64,000 bases of DNA from Bilabrum cf. latius. Taxonomy: Eukaryota. Both the position numbers and the translations under genes were made by a program. The notes under the pieces were generated by a model, which worked only from the letters and a program-made list of their open reading frames with translations, was not told the DNA's origin and searched no databases. Below are positions 1 through 11,483 of the stretch, one piece after another. The first letter of the stretch is position 1, and the number at the start of each line of letters is the position of its first letter. The stretch covers positions 62,001-126,000 of the forward strand of contig OZ237775.1 in NCBI GenBank assembly GCA_965178125.1, in the 5' to 3' direction.

Positions 1-1528
1 CCGCTCGCTTCCTCGATGGCGAGGTCCTCTGCGGAACCACCGGCGCCGCGCACGGTGTAGCCCAGCACTCCGAGGAGAGGCACCGGCGTCTTGGGGTTGT
101 AGAGCGACTCGAGCGGGACGTAGGCCGTCATGGGCGCGTTGAGGCCGAGGAAGAAGAGGCCCGAGAGGAAGAGGAAGAGCACGCGCGGGATGCGGGTGGG
201 CAGCACGCTGAATGCCGTGCTGGGGTTGTCCAGCCGCTCCACGGAGCCCATGGTGACCGTGTAGGCGGCCTGTCCGTTGAGGTACATGACGGGCTGGAAG
301 GAGGGTCCCACCAGGGCGGTCTGCGGACACAGGCAGTAGCCCATCGTCTCGAGGAAGGAGGGCACCTGGGGCAGGCACGTGGCCAGCCGCTGGTCGGCGA
401 GGCGGGCCGACTTCGAGAGCGCCTTGCTTGCCTTGACCTTCTTCTCGGTCTCCTGCTTCAGGGCCGGGTCCATCTTGTACGTGTCGTGGGCTGCCTTGGC
501 GGCGTGGGCGGAGCCCTTGGCCTCCTTGGCGGCCTTGGAGATGGCCCGCGCGGCTGCCAGCTCGGGCTTAGAACCGTCGTACGCAGCGAATGCGAGTGAC
601 GTAAGCTTGACCACGAGCACCATCTGTGCCGCGCAATCGTCAATAGCATCGGTGGCCGCATCGGGGCGCATGATGTGCCTGTAGAAGAGGAAGAAGAAGG
701 CCACCGAGCAGCCCGCCAAGTGCCACCAGGGCGTCTTGCCCAGCTTGGGCAGATCCGAGTCCGAGTCCTCCTTCTGCTCCTTGCGGTCCTTGAACGTGGG
801 GAGGCTGATCGTGAGGGCCAGCCAGGTTAGGGCAGCGCTGATGGGCACGTAGATCCAAGCCCCGCCGAAGACGAACTGCAGCAGCAGAGACCCGAAGATG
901 GCGTCGCACAGGTGCCTCGTCACACCGCGGGGCAGCATGCAGCCGATCATGGCCAGCGGGTATGTGCCCAGCAGGGCGAGCAGGAATTTGAGGGAACCCT
1001 CAGGGAGGCCAGAGGCGTTCACAGCTGCGGTGGGATCATGGGCGCGGCGAGCAGGCGATGCGGAGGTAGTTTGGGCCGGGCAGGCAAAAGAGGGTCTGGT
1101 GGGTCTCGGGCCCAAAATAATTAAACTTGCCGAGGAGGACGGAACCATACAAATCGATTCGATGATAGAGGTGCCGCATGCCATGGGACCTCATCGCAGG
1201 GCAAGTCGAGAAGTAGCCTGGACACGCGGCCGTTGCTCCCTAGGCCAGTTCCCCCGAAATCCTGCCATTTATTGAGTAACGAGCACGGTGCCAGCTTGCT
1301 CTCACCTTCATCCAAATATGGCTGAACTGGGGCAAAATCCCAAGCAGCATGCTTCAACAGGGGCTGCTCTACAGCAGCGATTTGCGAGAGCACTTCCCCG
1401 AAGGCAGACTGAGCAGTGCCCAGTCCGGCAGGGATGGCCTGACCAACGGCCTTGACCCCCGCCTCGATATGTGTCGAGAAGTCAACCTTCAGCAGCACAT
1501 CCGTCACCGATCGAGTGACGGCCTGCAT
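1..1528 (-). CDS. MBOAT-family lysophospholipid acyltransferase (3' end outside window); exons 1528-1306 and 1024-<1
   Basis: A GTGAG...CCGCAG intron at 1305-1025 joins YLDE|AVNASGLPEGSLKFLLAL. The product has multiple hydrophobic helices plus the motifs AAQMVLVVKLTSLAFAAYDG and PSFLETMGYCLCPQTALVGP, typical of LPCAT/Ale1-type MBOATs. Confidence 0.85.
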
Positions 1529-1740
1529 GGAGAAACGACAGATTGATTGACTGGATCGCGGTCGAGCGGAACCTTTGGACTTGGCCCGGCGCCGCGCACA
1601 ACCTACCAGTCTAGACTAGATGGCCCTGGTTGAGCCTGCAGCGTAGTCTGCATTGCTGTTTGAATCGATACTGTCTCAAATCCACGGTGCAATCGGTCAC
1701 ACACTGCAGCAGGCCACCGCTCCGCCCGTTCGGCCCCGTC

Positions 1741-4521
1741 TCACGCCAGCCCCGCCTTGGCCCTCTTCTTCTCGTGCCCGTTCATGGCCTTGGCCAGCTT
1801 GTTCCTCTGCCCCTTGCTCAGTTCATTGCCCTCCCCGTCATGCGTGGGCACCCCCTTGTCGTCCCACTGCGAGAACTTGCCCCTGTGCTCCGCGAACGCA
1901 TCGCTCGTCCCCTTGAACATCTCCGCACCGGGCACTGCCAGCTTGGCCTGCTTGAGGGCGGCCGCCCGCTCCCTCTCCTCCGCGGCCTTGCGCTTGGCGG
2001 CCGCCCTCTCCTCCTGCGCCGCCCTCTTCGCCTCCAGCTCCTTCATCAACGACTCCGGGTCCTCCAGCTTCCACCGGGAGTCCCCGCTCTCCCCCTTGTC
2101 CTCGAGCCGAACACCGAGCCGGGGCAGAGCCTCGTCGCGCACCGCATCGCACGCGCGCCGCACCGCAGCCTTCACGTCCTCCTCCTTGAGCGCCCCGCGC
2201 ACGCTGGCCCGGAAATCCCGAAGCGCGTCCAGCACGGGCCCCAGGACCGCTTCCCTGTCACCGGCCCCCGCCCCCCCCGCGGCATCGTCATCTTGCCCCA
2301 GCATGAAGCCCAGCCTGGGCCGAGGGTCAATGAGCCCGAAGCACCGCAGAGTCCTGGTCAGGTACTGCACTACGGCTTGCACCAGGGCGGGGACAGCCCC
2401 CTGCCCCTTCTTCTCCTGCTCGCCCATGTACCGGTTGGCCGCGTTCACCAGCCCCATGAGCGCCTTCATCGCAGTGGGAGTGTCAAAGTCGTCTGCCAGG
2501 GCCGCACGCACCGCCTCCTGGGTCTCCAGCAGAGCAGTTGCAACCACCCGCTCCCCCACGCCCCACACCTCGGCCGGCACAGCGCGCAGGGCGCCGGCAG
2601 CCGCTGCGAAGTCAAGGGCCGGTTTGGCCGCCGGTTCGCTCGCCCCCGCGCCGGAGGCCGCCGTCCCCGCCACGGCCGCCTCCATCTCCGCCAGCCTGGC
2701 TGCATCCACCACGGCCGTCCCGATGGCGTCCATGGCCTTGTCGGTGGCGCTCTGAGCGTCCCTGAGCACCGCTTTGGCCGCCCCGAAGAACTGCGCCAGC
2801 TGCCTCTCCTGACCCACGGCCGCCTCCATGGCGTCCTTGGACCACGTCAGGGGGGCGTTGTACTTGTGCGCCAGGAAGAAGAGGCGCACCTGCCTGGCCG
2901 AGTGCTGCCCCGGGCCCGAGCCCACCACGTCCTTGATCTTGAGGAAGTTCTTGAGGCTCTTGCTCATCTTCTGCCCGTCGATGTTCAGGTGCCCGCTGTG
3001 CAGCCAGTAGTTGACCCACTGCCGCACCCCCAGCGCGGCCTGCGACTGCGCCACCTCGTTCTCGTGGTGCGGGAACTTGAGGTCGCACCCTCCGCTGTGG
3101 ATGTCGAAGGGACCAGAGGCAGCCAAGGCGTACCTGGGGTTCGAGGGGTTGCGCGGGTCATCCAGTGGCACGGCAGCACCCTCGGCCCCCGCTGCCTCCT
3201 CCTCACTCTTCCCGTCTCCCTCGGTTGCACCACCCTGCGATGCACCCGCCAACCGCCCGCCCACGGAGAGCCCCGCGCCCCACCCGCTCCCCTCCCCCGA
3301 GGGCAGCCTCTCGGCGGCGGGGCAGTGCGCAGAGGGCCGTGGTGCCCCCAGCACCGCGTCATCCCTCTCAGCTAGCGAGAGACCCCCGAATGCAGAGGCG
3401 CTCATTGCGCTGCACTCAATATGCCAGCCTGGCCTGCCCATGCCCCACGGGCTCGCCCACTCCGGCTCCCCTGGCTTGCTGGCCTTCCACAGCGCAAAGT
3501 CACCGTCGGATTTCTTCTCGGCCACCTTGGGCCCTCCCTCCCCCTCCCCCTCTCCCCCCCCCTGCTGCTGCTGGGAGAGCACCCCCTCGGCCTCGGCCAG
3601 CAGGGCCTTGCCCTCTTGACCCACGTTCTCTGGCACCAACACACCGTAGGGGGCACGAGCACCGGCGCCGCGGGCCCCCGGTGCACCTCCCGCCCCGCCC
3701 TCCTGGGATGACCCTCCCCCTTTGCCCTTGCCCTTGCCCCCCTTCTTGCCCTTGCCCGGGGCGCCTTGCTCCCCTACCGGTGCGGGCTCCCGCTCGTCGT
3801 AGGCCGCCGTGTCGAAGTACACGGACCCGTTGCTTTCGTACGCCATGCCCTTGCGCTGGATCTCCAGGATGAAGGCGATCACCTGGTCCACGTGCTCGCT
3901 CACACGGGTCACCACGTCGGGGCGCTCCACGCCGAGCTTCGCCATGTCGCGGTCGAACTCGAGCTCGTAGTAGCGAGCCAGCGTGCTGAAATCAACGCCC
4001 GTTTCGTTGGATCTCTTGATAATCTTATCTTCGATATCCGTGACATTTTGGCACAGGAGCACGTGGTAGCCGAAAAAGTCTCGCATGATGCGCCGCAAGA
4101 TGTCGAACGACAAGTACGTGCGCGCATGACCCAAATGTGCGCTGTCATACACCGTCGGACCGCACATGTACCACAGCACCTAGTTTCCTCGGATAGGTAC
4201 GAATGGCGTCTGCGAAAGAGGTTTTGAGACGAGCAGCGAAGAGGTGGAGTGCGAGGCCGCGGGAACATGGATGCAAATACAAGTCCAGACACAAGTCTGT
4301 TCGGCGTGGTGAGGGTACCGCCGATTCACTGCCATATTCGAACATCATCTTACCTTCGTTCGAGTCAAAGAGTTCATCATGTTTAGCGGGTACGCAGTAG
4401 CAAAGGTTCCACGGAGCCCCCCCGCTGGCCGCGGCATGATCCATTGCGCCAACCGCCTTTTCTATCGCTTATCCTGATCATCCTGGCCAGCTGCAGCAGA
4501 TGATGCGGCTGTTGACGCCAT
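1741..4521 (-). CDS. CARS1: Cysteinyl-tRNA synthetase; intron 4353-4210; in-frame TAG at 4462-4464 and 4180-4182
   Basis: Motifs NSLTRTK|TPFVP..WYMCGPTVYDSAHLGHAR, DFALWK, GRPGWHIECSAM, DIHSGGCDLKFPHHENE and KMSKSLKNF. Ends in TGA. Carries Gly/Ala-rich insertions. Confidence 0.96.
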
Positions 4522-4665
4522 TTCAGAACTACTTGTCACTGTGGCTGCGCCAGCGCAGGACAGACACGATCCGCAAGAAAAGATGTGCTCCGGATCCCAC
4601 AATCTCGCGCGAGCATTTGGTGCCCAAACGATGATTGTGCTGTTAGCAGTGTACTAATCAAAACT

Positions 4666-5853
4666 ATGTACGAGTATATGTATATCTATGGATTCATTGC
4701 AACGATCGCAGCACTGGCCCTTGCGGCCTTAGCAGCCTTATCTAAGGTTGGCGTTGTGCTTTTTGCACTCCACCCACTTCTTCTTTGCTCGGGGTATGGT
4801 GCCATGATGCTTGCAATTGGTGCATACTACATGCCACCTGGGTGGCTATCAGAATCTCCTCTCATGGGCCGACTCCGCGCTAGAGCCACTCACGCCAGGC
4901 TACAGGTAGCCGCGGCGATTCTCATTGCAACTGGAGTTGCCGGCATTCTAGCGAACAAGATGTACACTGGGAAGAGCCTGTGGTCAGGTTCACTGCACGC
5001 GTGGATTGGTGCCATGGCCTCCGCCACCGCTTTGCTGCAGGCGGGCTGCGGCCTTCTCAAGCGCCCCGCGCGGCTCGCCGCTCCTGCCCGCCCCTAGTCC
5101 TACTAGCCGAGGCGCCCTCTGGACGCGAGCAGCGGCGACTCGATCGGCGCTGCCGCTCCTGCGGGTAGCCATAGCGATGAATCAGATGAGAGGCGCGGCT
5201 TGGTTTCGGGTACCCCCGTGCCCATGGCGGATGGGGCATGCTCTGCACCAGTGGCAGGGGCAGGCAGGATGCCGTTGGGGGATGGGGCATGCTCTGCACC
5301 AGTGGCAGGGGCAGGCAGGATGCCGTTGGGGGATGGGGCATGCTCTGCACCAGTGGCAGGGGCAGGCAGGATGCCGTTGGGGGATGCTGTGTCCGGCGAC
5401 GGGGGTCAGGGGAGAGGTGATATGGGCCCCGCGGGGGACGAAGAGACATACCCTCCTTCACTGCTGGGGGCTTGTACATTAAGGGCAGCTTGCATGGGCG
5501 CAGGCTCGGTGGGGGCTGCTGCCACACATACAGGCATACCGTCCACACAAGCCTGCGCGGGCTCTGGGGCGGCGGCTTGGGGGCCGGTGGCGTGGATGGT
5601 GGCCAAGCACGGGGTCGCGGGGCCATGGGTGGCAGCAGGCGGGCTGCTGGCTGTGTGCTCAGGCACTGCAGCGCTGTGGGGTTCCTGGGATGGGCCGGTT
5701 TCGTCAATCGTGGCGCTACTGGCAGCGTTAGGGGCAGCATGGCTGGCTATGGGCAGAGCGGAATCGATACGGAGGGGGCAAATGAAGGCCGAGCAGAGAG
5801 GCTGGGTAGTGGCAGAACCCCGGCGTGGCGATACAGACAAGTCGCAGCCATAA
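4666..5853 (+). CDS. Cytochrome b561-like membrane protein with a long low-complexity insertion; TAG at 5095-5097 and 5104-5106
   Basis: ORFs 4585-5097 and 5200-5853 share one frame and are separated only by TAGs. Four His residues lie in hydrophobic helices (FALHP, THARLQ, SLHAWIG, KHGVAG). Ends in TAA. Start codon uncertain. Confidence 0.7.
5230..5382 (+). repeat. 3 x 51-bp coding tandem repeat (DGACSAPVAGAGRMPLG)
   Basis: Identical units start at 5230, 5281 and 5332. Confidence 0.95.
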
Positions 5854-6019
5854 TGTACTTCGGGGTTAGGCTGCGTTCGTGCGTTGGCATTGGCGCCGCT
5901 GCTCGGCGCCAATGCGAGGATGAAGATTATCGACCTGATAGCATTGCATAACAGCAAACCGAGGCTACCCGGCATCCTGCTAGCGCTACGAAAATCTCAG
6001 AAAGGTATTTTTTGCCACA

Positions 6020-6776
6020 ATGGGGCGAGACAAAGGGTCAAATCCCGTCGAGGCTCACAGGCGCGCGCAACGAAAAAAACAAGCAGCCAAAGAGAAGAAA
6101 CAGCGCACGTAGGTTCGCGAAGTGGCGTTAAAGCACCGGGATATACAAGACCTGCGCGATGAAGTTTTTAGAGCAAAGATGGGCATCAAACGTGCTCCGT
6201 TGGGGCCCCAACGTGTACAGCTGGAGATGCACGTGGACAAGCTGCAAGCGAAGCTACGGACCGCAGTTCGAGTGCAGCACGGAGACGAAGCTCTTGCTAA
6301 AGAGATAGAGCGCTAGCGAAAAGAGGCGGCAGACGAAGTTGCCGAGCGCGAGTAGGCCGAGGCAGCAGAGGCGCCGGGTGGAGCACTGGAAGACGAGGCG
6401 CAGCGAAGGGCACGAGAGGCCGAGGAGGCACAAGCAAGGCAAGAAGCAGCCGCAGAAGAAGCTGCTTTAAAACGACAAGCCATGGCATTCATGCCATCTA
6501 ACCTTCGACGCAAATAGAAGCGAGCGAGAGCACAGCAGCAACCCAATACTCTCGCCAGCTAGCGAGCAAGTGCTCCCGCCAGCAGTGCCAGTGGCACGCA
6601 AGCAGTGCCTGACGCTACATCGTCTCCCATCATTGCTCCCATAGACAGCAAGTTGCCCGAACAGCCTGCTTCGAAACGCGCTAGGATGGAGGTGGGCAGT
6701 AGTGGGAAGGTAGGCGCAGTCCAGGCACAGGGCAAGGCGCAAGATGCAAGGGGGGGCGATTTACTCACGATCGATT

Positions 6777-6829
<53 letters not shown>

Positions 6830-7336
6830 GTTGGTATTGGGGCGGGATCATCGCTCCAGCCCCGACCTGCAGCTGCCATGGCATCCACAGCATCGTCATC
6901 TTCCACGTCTGCCTCAACTCCGACCCCCATCTAGCTATCTGCTGTCGATTTGCTGGGACTACCCTTGCCCGCTGCTCCCACAAAGACTGATACTGAGCCT
7001 AGGCAGATGCCTCAGTCTCAGGCTGCGTCCCGATCCAAGCCACAGGCCCCTGCCCCTGCCCCTGCCTCCGCCCCCGCCCCCGCCCCCGCCGTGCCCCACC
7101 TGTCAGCATCAACAGCGGTTAAGGCAACTCTGGCCCAGGAAAATTTGACTCGCCATGATGCAGGGACAGCAAAGGGGGGCGAGACCAGCGAAGGCCACCC
7201 AGCCCAAGGTGAGGCTAACGGGGTGCGTGGTGGCATGGGAGGTGCAATAACGAATGGTACTAGTAGCACCGAGGCTGAAGGAGCCAAGGACGCAGATGCA
7301 GCGCTGCAAGACCTGTTCGCCATGGACACGGACTGA
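6020..7336 (+). CDS. WBP11: WW-domain-binding protein 11-like splicing factor; six in-frame TAGs (6110, 6314, 6353, 6515, 6560, 6932)
   Basis: The N-terminus MGRDKGSNPVEAHRRAQRKKQAAKEKKQRT*VREVALKHRD resembles the Wbp11 domain, and AFMPSNLRRK resembles the FVPTALRV motif. One frame runs to TGA. Confidence 0.72.
6779..6829 (+). repeat. (ATGGGC)n microsatellite encoding a Met-Gly run
   Basis: Directly visible hexamer repeat inside the WBP11-like CDS. Confidence 0.95.
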
Positions 7337-7365
7337 AGGAGCCATGCCTGCGGGTATGAGCGGGT

Positions 7366-7515
7366 ATGGAATGGTATAGCCTATTCAAGCAGAGGAGGGA
7401 GGCAGCAGAGAGCTCGGCACCAAGCAGTGGGGGCAGAGACATGGAATGGTATAGCCTATTCAAGCAGAGGAGGGAGGCAGCAGAGAGCTCGGCACCAAGC
7501 AGTGGGGGCAGAGAC
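7366..7515. repeat. 2 x 75-bp exact tandem duplication between convergent genes
   Basis: The unit atggaatggtatagcc...gggggcagagac starts at 7366 and again at 7441. Confidence 0.95.
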
Positions 7516-7939
7516 ATGTGCAGCGGCTACTGCCGCCGCGCCTGTGGCAGCCATTGAGCAAACAGATGCCGGAGTCAACCAACAGGTCGGAGCCAGGGAG
7601 GCGCAGGCGTAGCTGCGAACCCGGTGGGCGCCGATGGACAGGGGGCCGGCACAGGCGACGATAAGTGTGATGTCAATGGGAGAACACAATGGGAGGAAGG
7701 GGGGTCCAGGTGCCAGGCACAAGGGAGACGCGAGTGGCAGCGGGCTGCATCCACAAATGGATGGCTGGCAGCGCGCCGAAGAGGCCAAGAGGCTCTGGTC
7801 GCATATGGTCGCAAATGGGGCGAGCCTTAGGCGATCCGGTTTCTTGACCAATAACTTGTTTTGCTTGCGCTGACTTTTAGTATTAATGCAATGCTCATGG
7901 ATAAAATCAAATCGATAGAATGCTGTCAACCGACTCGAC

Positions 7940-8827
7940 TCACCCCATCGGCTCCTGCCCACTTCCAGAACCTCTCGAACCCAGCCCAGCACCGACGGAG
8001 CCGATCCCTGCCACGGTGTCTCCCCCTTGTCCAGTGCCCCAGCTAGAGCTGGTAGATGCACTGGTATGCTGCTGCTGACCTGGGGGCGGCCCCCACCTTT
8101 GTGCCCCTGTCCCTGCTGCCCCTGCTGCTGCTGGTGGCTTGTGAGTAGATCTAGGCGCGAACGCAGCGCCAACCATAGAAGAGGACGAAGAGGGCGAAAA
8201 GGATCGGGCTGGCGGCGCCGTGCCGGTGCTTTTAGGCCGCTGCTACTCAGCCACACTGGAAGCAGGCACAGCCACTTGGGATGTCGGGCCTGTAGCGCAG
8301 GTTGCAGTGGACCCAGACGGCGCTGCATCATACTGGGGAACCACGCGATGGGGCTAGCTGCCGGAAATCGATGGTGCAGCGTGCTGCAACGATACGGTCG
8401 AATGTGCGGTCTCAGGTAGCTGCTGCTCCTGGTGCTGTCGCTGTCTGCGTTCATTGAGGGCAGAGTCAATCGACCGAATCGCTCCTGCGAACTCATCAGA
8501 GCACAGTACCGAAACAGCAGACACTACATCAGCTGAAGAAATCTCAGATCCACCACGCGCTGCCATGACGGCAGCAGTCTCGCTTGCCAGCAGGTGCCCA
8601 AAAGCGTGGACTAGCGAAGCAACCCCTTCAACGGCACCATCGTCGTGGTAACTGATCACACGACGACTGCCTGCCTGAGAAACTTGCACATGCATTGCAT
8701 GCGAGTGGTTGATAAACCTAAGTGGTTTCTACATAGCCTTCTGGACGTCTTGCGGCCGCAGCATGCCAGTATCTCGAATTGCTCTATCCATTCTTGATCG
8801 TGGCAACTGCTCGCTCCGCCCTCTCAT
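7940..8827 (-). CDS. Histone-fold protein, NC2beta/Dr1- or NF-YB-like, with a low-complexity tail; TAG at 8729, 8354 and 8243
   Basis: EQLPRSRMDRAIRD and AFGHLLASETAAVMAARGGSEISSADVVSAVSVL resemble Dr1 (IPRAAINKMIKE / EFIHLISSEA...TISPEHVIQALESL). The 3' end is uncertain because the TGA overlaps a GTGAGT donor-like site. Confidence 0.55.
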
Positions 8828-9007
8828 GATTACCGCAAGTTGCTGTCCATACTAAGGTGATTCAAGGTGCGGGAGACAGTTCGTGAAGCAGACATTCGAA
8901 TCGGTGGCTGCAGCGTTCGCCGCGCACTAGCCAGGTTGGTTCCGCAATGGCGGGTGACGTGGGCGTTTCCCTTGCTAATACTTGGACGCACGAGAATTTT
9001 TCGCAAG

Positions 9008-10405
9008 ATGCATGCTTGTCGGAAGTTTTTACGCCATACGAACCGTCTGTCTCCTCGGATTAGTTCGCATAGGTTTCTTTCTTCGTAGAGCAAAGCCCCA
9101 ACCGCAGTTCTCATGATGAACATGGGCGGTCCCTCGTCACTGGATGGAGAGCGCGATGGCGTGAAGCCTTTCCTGAGTAGATTGTTTGCTGATGGAGAAA
9201 TAATTCAATTTGGGGCGTTCCAGAACATTCTGGTGAGGCAAGCTGTTGCATCGTCAGCACGATCACTTGCTCCTCGCCCCGCCATCGATCTTGGATGGAA
9301 TTGAAGACTCAATTCGCAGGGACCTCTTATTGTTAGCCGGAGAACAGATAAAGTTAAGAAGCAGTACTCAGAGATTGGGGGCAAGAGTCCCATCGGAGAT
9401 TGGACAAAGCTGCAGGGCGAGGGGATGGTGAAGCTGCTAGATGAAATGCGCCCGGAATCTGCACCGCACAAAGCGTACACGTGCTTTCGCTACGCGCCAC
9501 CTCTTACGGAAGATGTAGTAGAGCAAATGCGAGCGGATGGAGTCAAGCGAGCCATCGCGTTCTCCCAATATCCTTAGTGGAGCTGCACTACTGCAGGGAG
9601 CAGCATGAACCACCTGTGGAGAGAGCTCAAGCGGCTGGGGGCCGAGGAGGAATTCGAGTGGAGCGTCATCGACCGCTGGCCCACACACCCCACGTACATC
9701 GACGCGCTCACCCGCCGCGTGGAGATGGGCCTCGAGCAGCTGCCCGAGGGTCCAGCTAGGGACAATGCCGTGATCATGTTCACCGCGCACTCGCTGCCAA
9801 TGTACGTGGTGGAGAGGGGGGACGCATACCCGCAGGAGGTGGGCGCCACGGTGCAGGCAGTCGTGGACAAGCTCAAGGCATCCGATCGGAGCCGCTCCGT
9901 GAGGCACGTGCTCACATGGCAGAGCAAGGTGGGCCCCCTCCCCTGGCTCGTCCCGCAGACTGGCACTGCCCTCAAGCAGCTGGCGGCCCAGGGACACAAG
10001 AGCGTGTGCCTCGTGCCCGTGGCCTTCACCTCGGACCACATCGAGACCCTGTACGAGCTGGACATCGAGTACAGGGAGGAGGCGGAGGAGGCCGGCATAC
10101 AGCACTTCGCTAGGGCGCCCTCTCTCAACGACGAGCCGCTGCTGCAGCAGGCACAGGCGGAGATCGTCAAGGAGCACCTGGACGCTGGCGAGCTGTGCTC
10201 CCCACTGTACCAGCTCAACTGCGCGGGGTGCACCAACCCGGCCTGCAGGTCGATGCTCAACCCAGTGGGCGGCAAGTACAGCAAGCTGAGGCACAGCACT
10301 GGTGGGGCCTCCTGCGTGGAGCAGTGGCCCCCAGAGGGCGACAAGGGCACGCCGCAGCAGGCGGCACTAACTGGCGAGCGCGGCCTCTCGCACATCAAGG
10401 CGTGA
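9008..10405 (+). CDS. FECH: Ferrochelatase, mitochondrial type with a C-terminal Cys (2Fe-2S) motif; intron 9233-9319; TAG at 9086-9088 and 9575-9577
   Basis: Motifs [67 protein letters not shown] and CAGCTNPAC. The N-terminus looks like an Arg/Ser-rich presequence. Ends in TGA. Confidence 0.96.
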
Positions 10406-11483
10406 ATTCCCCAGTGCTGCTCCAGTTCCCGATGTTGTCCGCATCGACCAGCCGCCTGCTTGGCGGGCAACTGGTTTTTAAGGTGCGTTGTCCATCGATA
10501 AAGAACGAGCGCACAAGAGATGATCCAACAGGGATGGTAGAAATGTTCAGCTAAATTGAATCAGTGTACATGCATATCAGCACATCAAAATCGAATCGAT
10601 TCTCCAACGATGCGGGGTGTCGTCGGCGAAGCACAGCGCGAGAGAGACATGGCCACGCAAGCTAGGTGTATGGTGCGTGTGGGGCAAGAAGGGCCTGTGG
10701 TGCGCACGAGTGCATTGCACTCGTGCTCTGTGTGCGGGAGTCAACGGCGCCGTCCACATGCAGGAGCGGGGGGCAGGCAGCCCAGCAGGCTGCGAGCCTC
10801 ATCCCCGAGTCTCCCTATGGACAGCATACTGCCGGACTTACTTTATACCGGGGCACAGCTTGTGCACGAGATGGGAGAATCCATCCATCCAGCATAAACT
10901 GCCCCGCCGCACTCCACGACCAACCCCACACGCACTCCCAGCGTGCGCACATCCCACCAAGTCAACTCATCCTCGCGTCCTTTGCTCCACCGACTCACTA
11001 CTCCGCATACACTCGCATTAGGCCCCCCACCCAGATATTTCCAAAACAGCAAGACATAGTACCGCACTTGAATGCGAGGGAGGGACGACAGGACGGGGGC
11101 GCAGCCGCAGCCGCACCCCCCTCACCATCAACCCACACCCCGCGACAGACACTGGCACGCGGTCAGGGAACAAGAGACGCCGCGGGCTGTAAGTCACAGA
11201 CCTGAGCGACGGTTCCCTGCGCTGCTCGAGAGGACGGAACGGTGCAGGCTGCACCCGGCGGCAGGACAATCAATTGTCTTGCAGCCGGGGCCACGCACCT
11301 CCCACCGCGATCATCCAGATCGCAATGGCCGCCCACTCGTCAACTGCGCGCCAGCAGAGGCGCCTGCATGCATGCTCCACCTCACGCTGCTTACTGCATG
11401 CAGGCACCCAGACGATATGGTATCTTGCCGGACCAAACTCACCTCCCCTCCCCTCACTGACGTCCAACTGGGCCAAGCTCAGC

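Noticed and set aside
1630-3375. 581-aa plus-strand ORF and similar long ORFs (11274-12983, 27530-29275, 34323-35738, 49140-50432, 54361-55821)
   Set aside because: These are antisense shadows of real genes in GC-rich DNA and contain no recognisable motifs.
5230-7515. 51-bp and 75-bp repeats as a CRISPR array
   Set aside because: They are contiguous tandem units with no unique spacers, there are no cas genes, and the context is eukaryotic.
10406-11483. Short ORFs between ferrochelatase and HMGR, and likewise at 20814-21837 and 31944-32340
   Set aside because: No coherent frame or motifs appear even with TAG=Gln. These are likely UTR or intergenic sequence.
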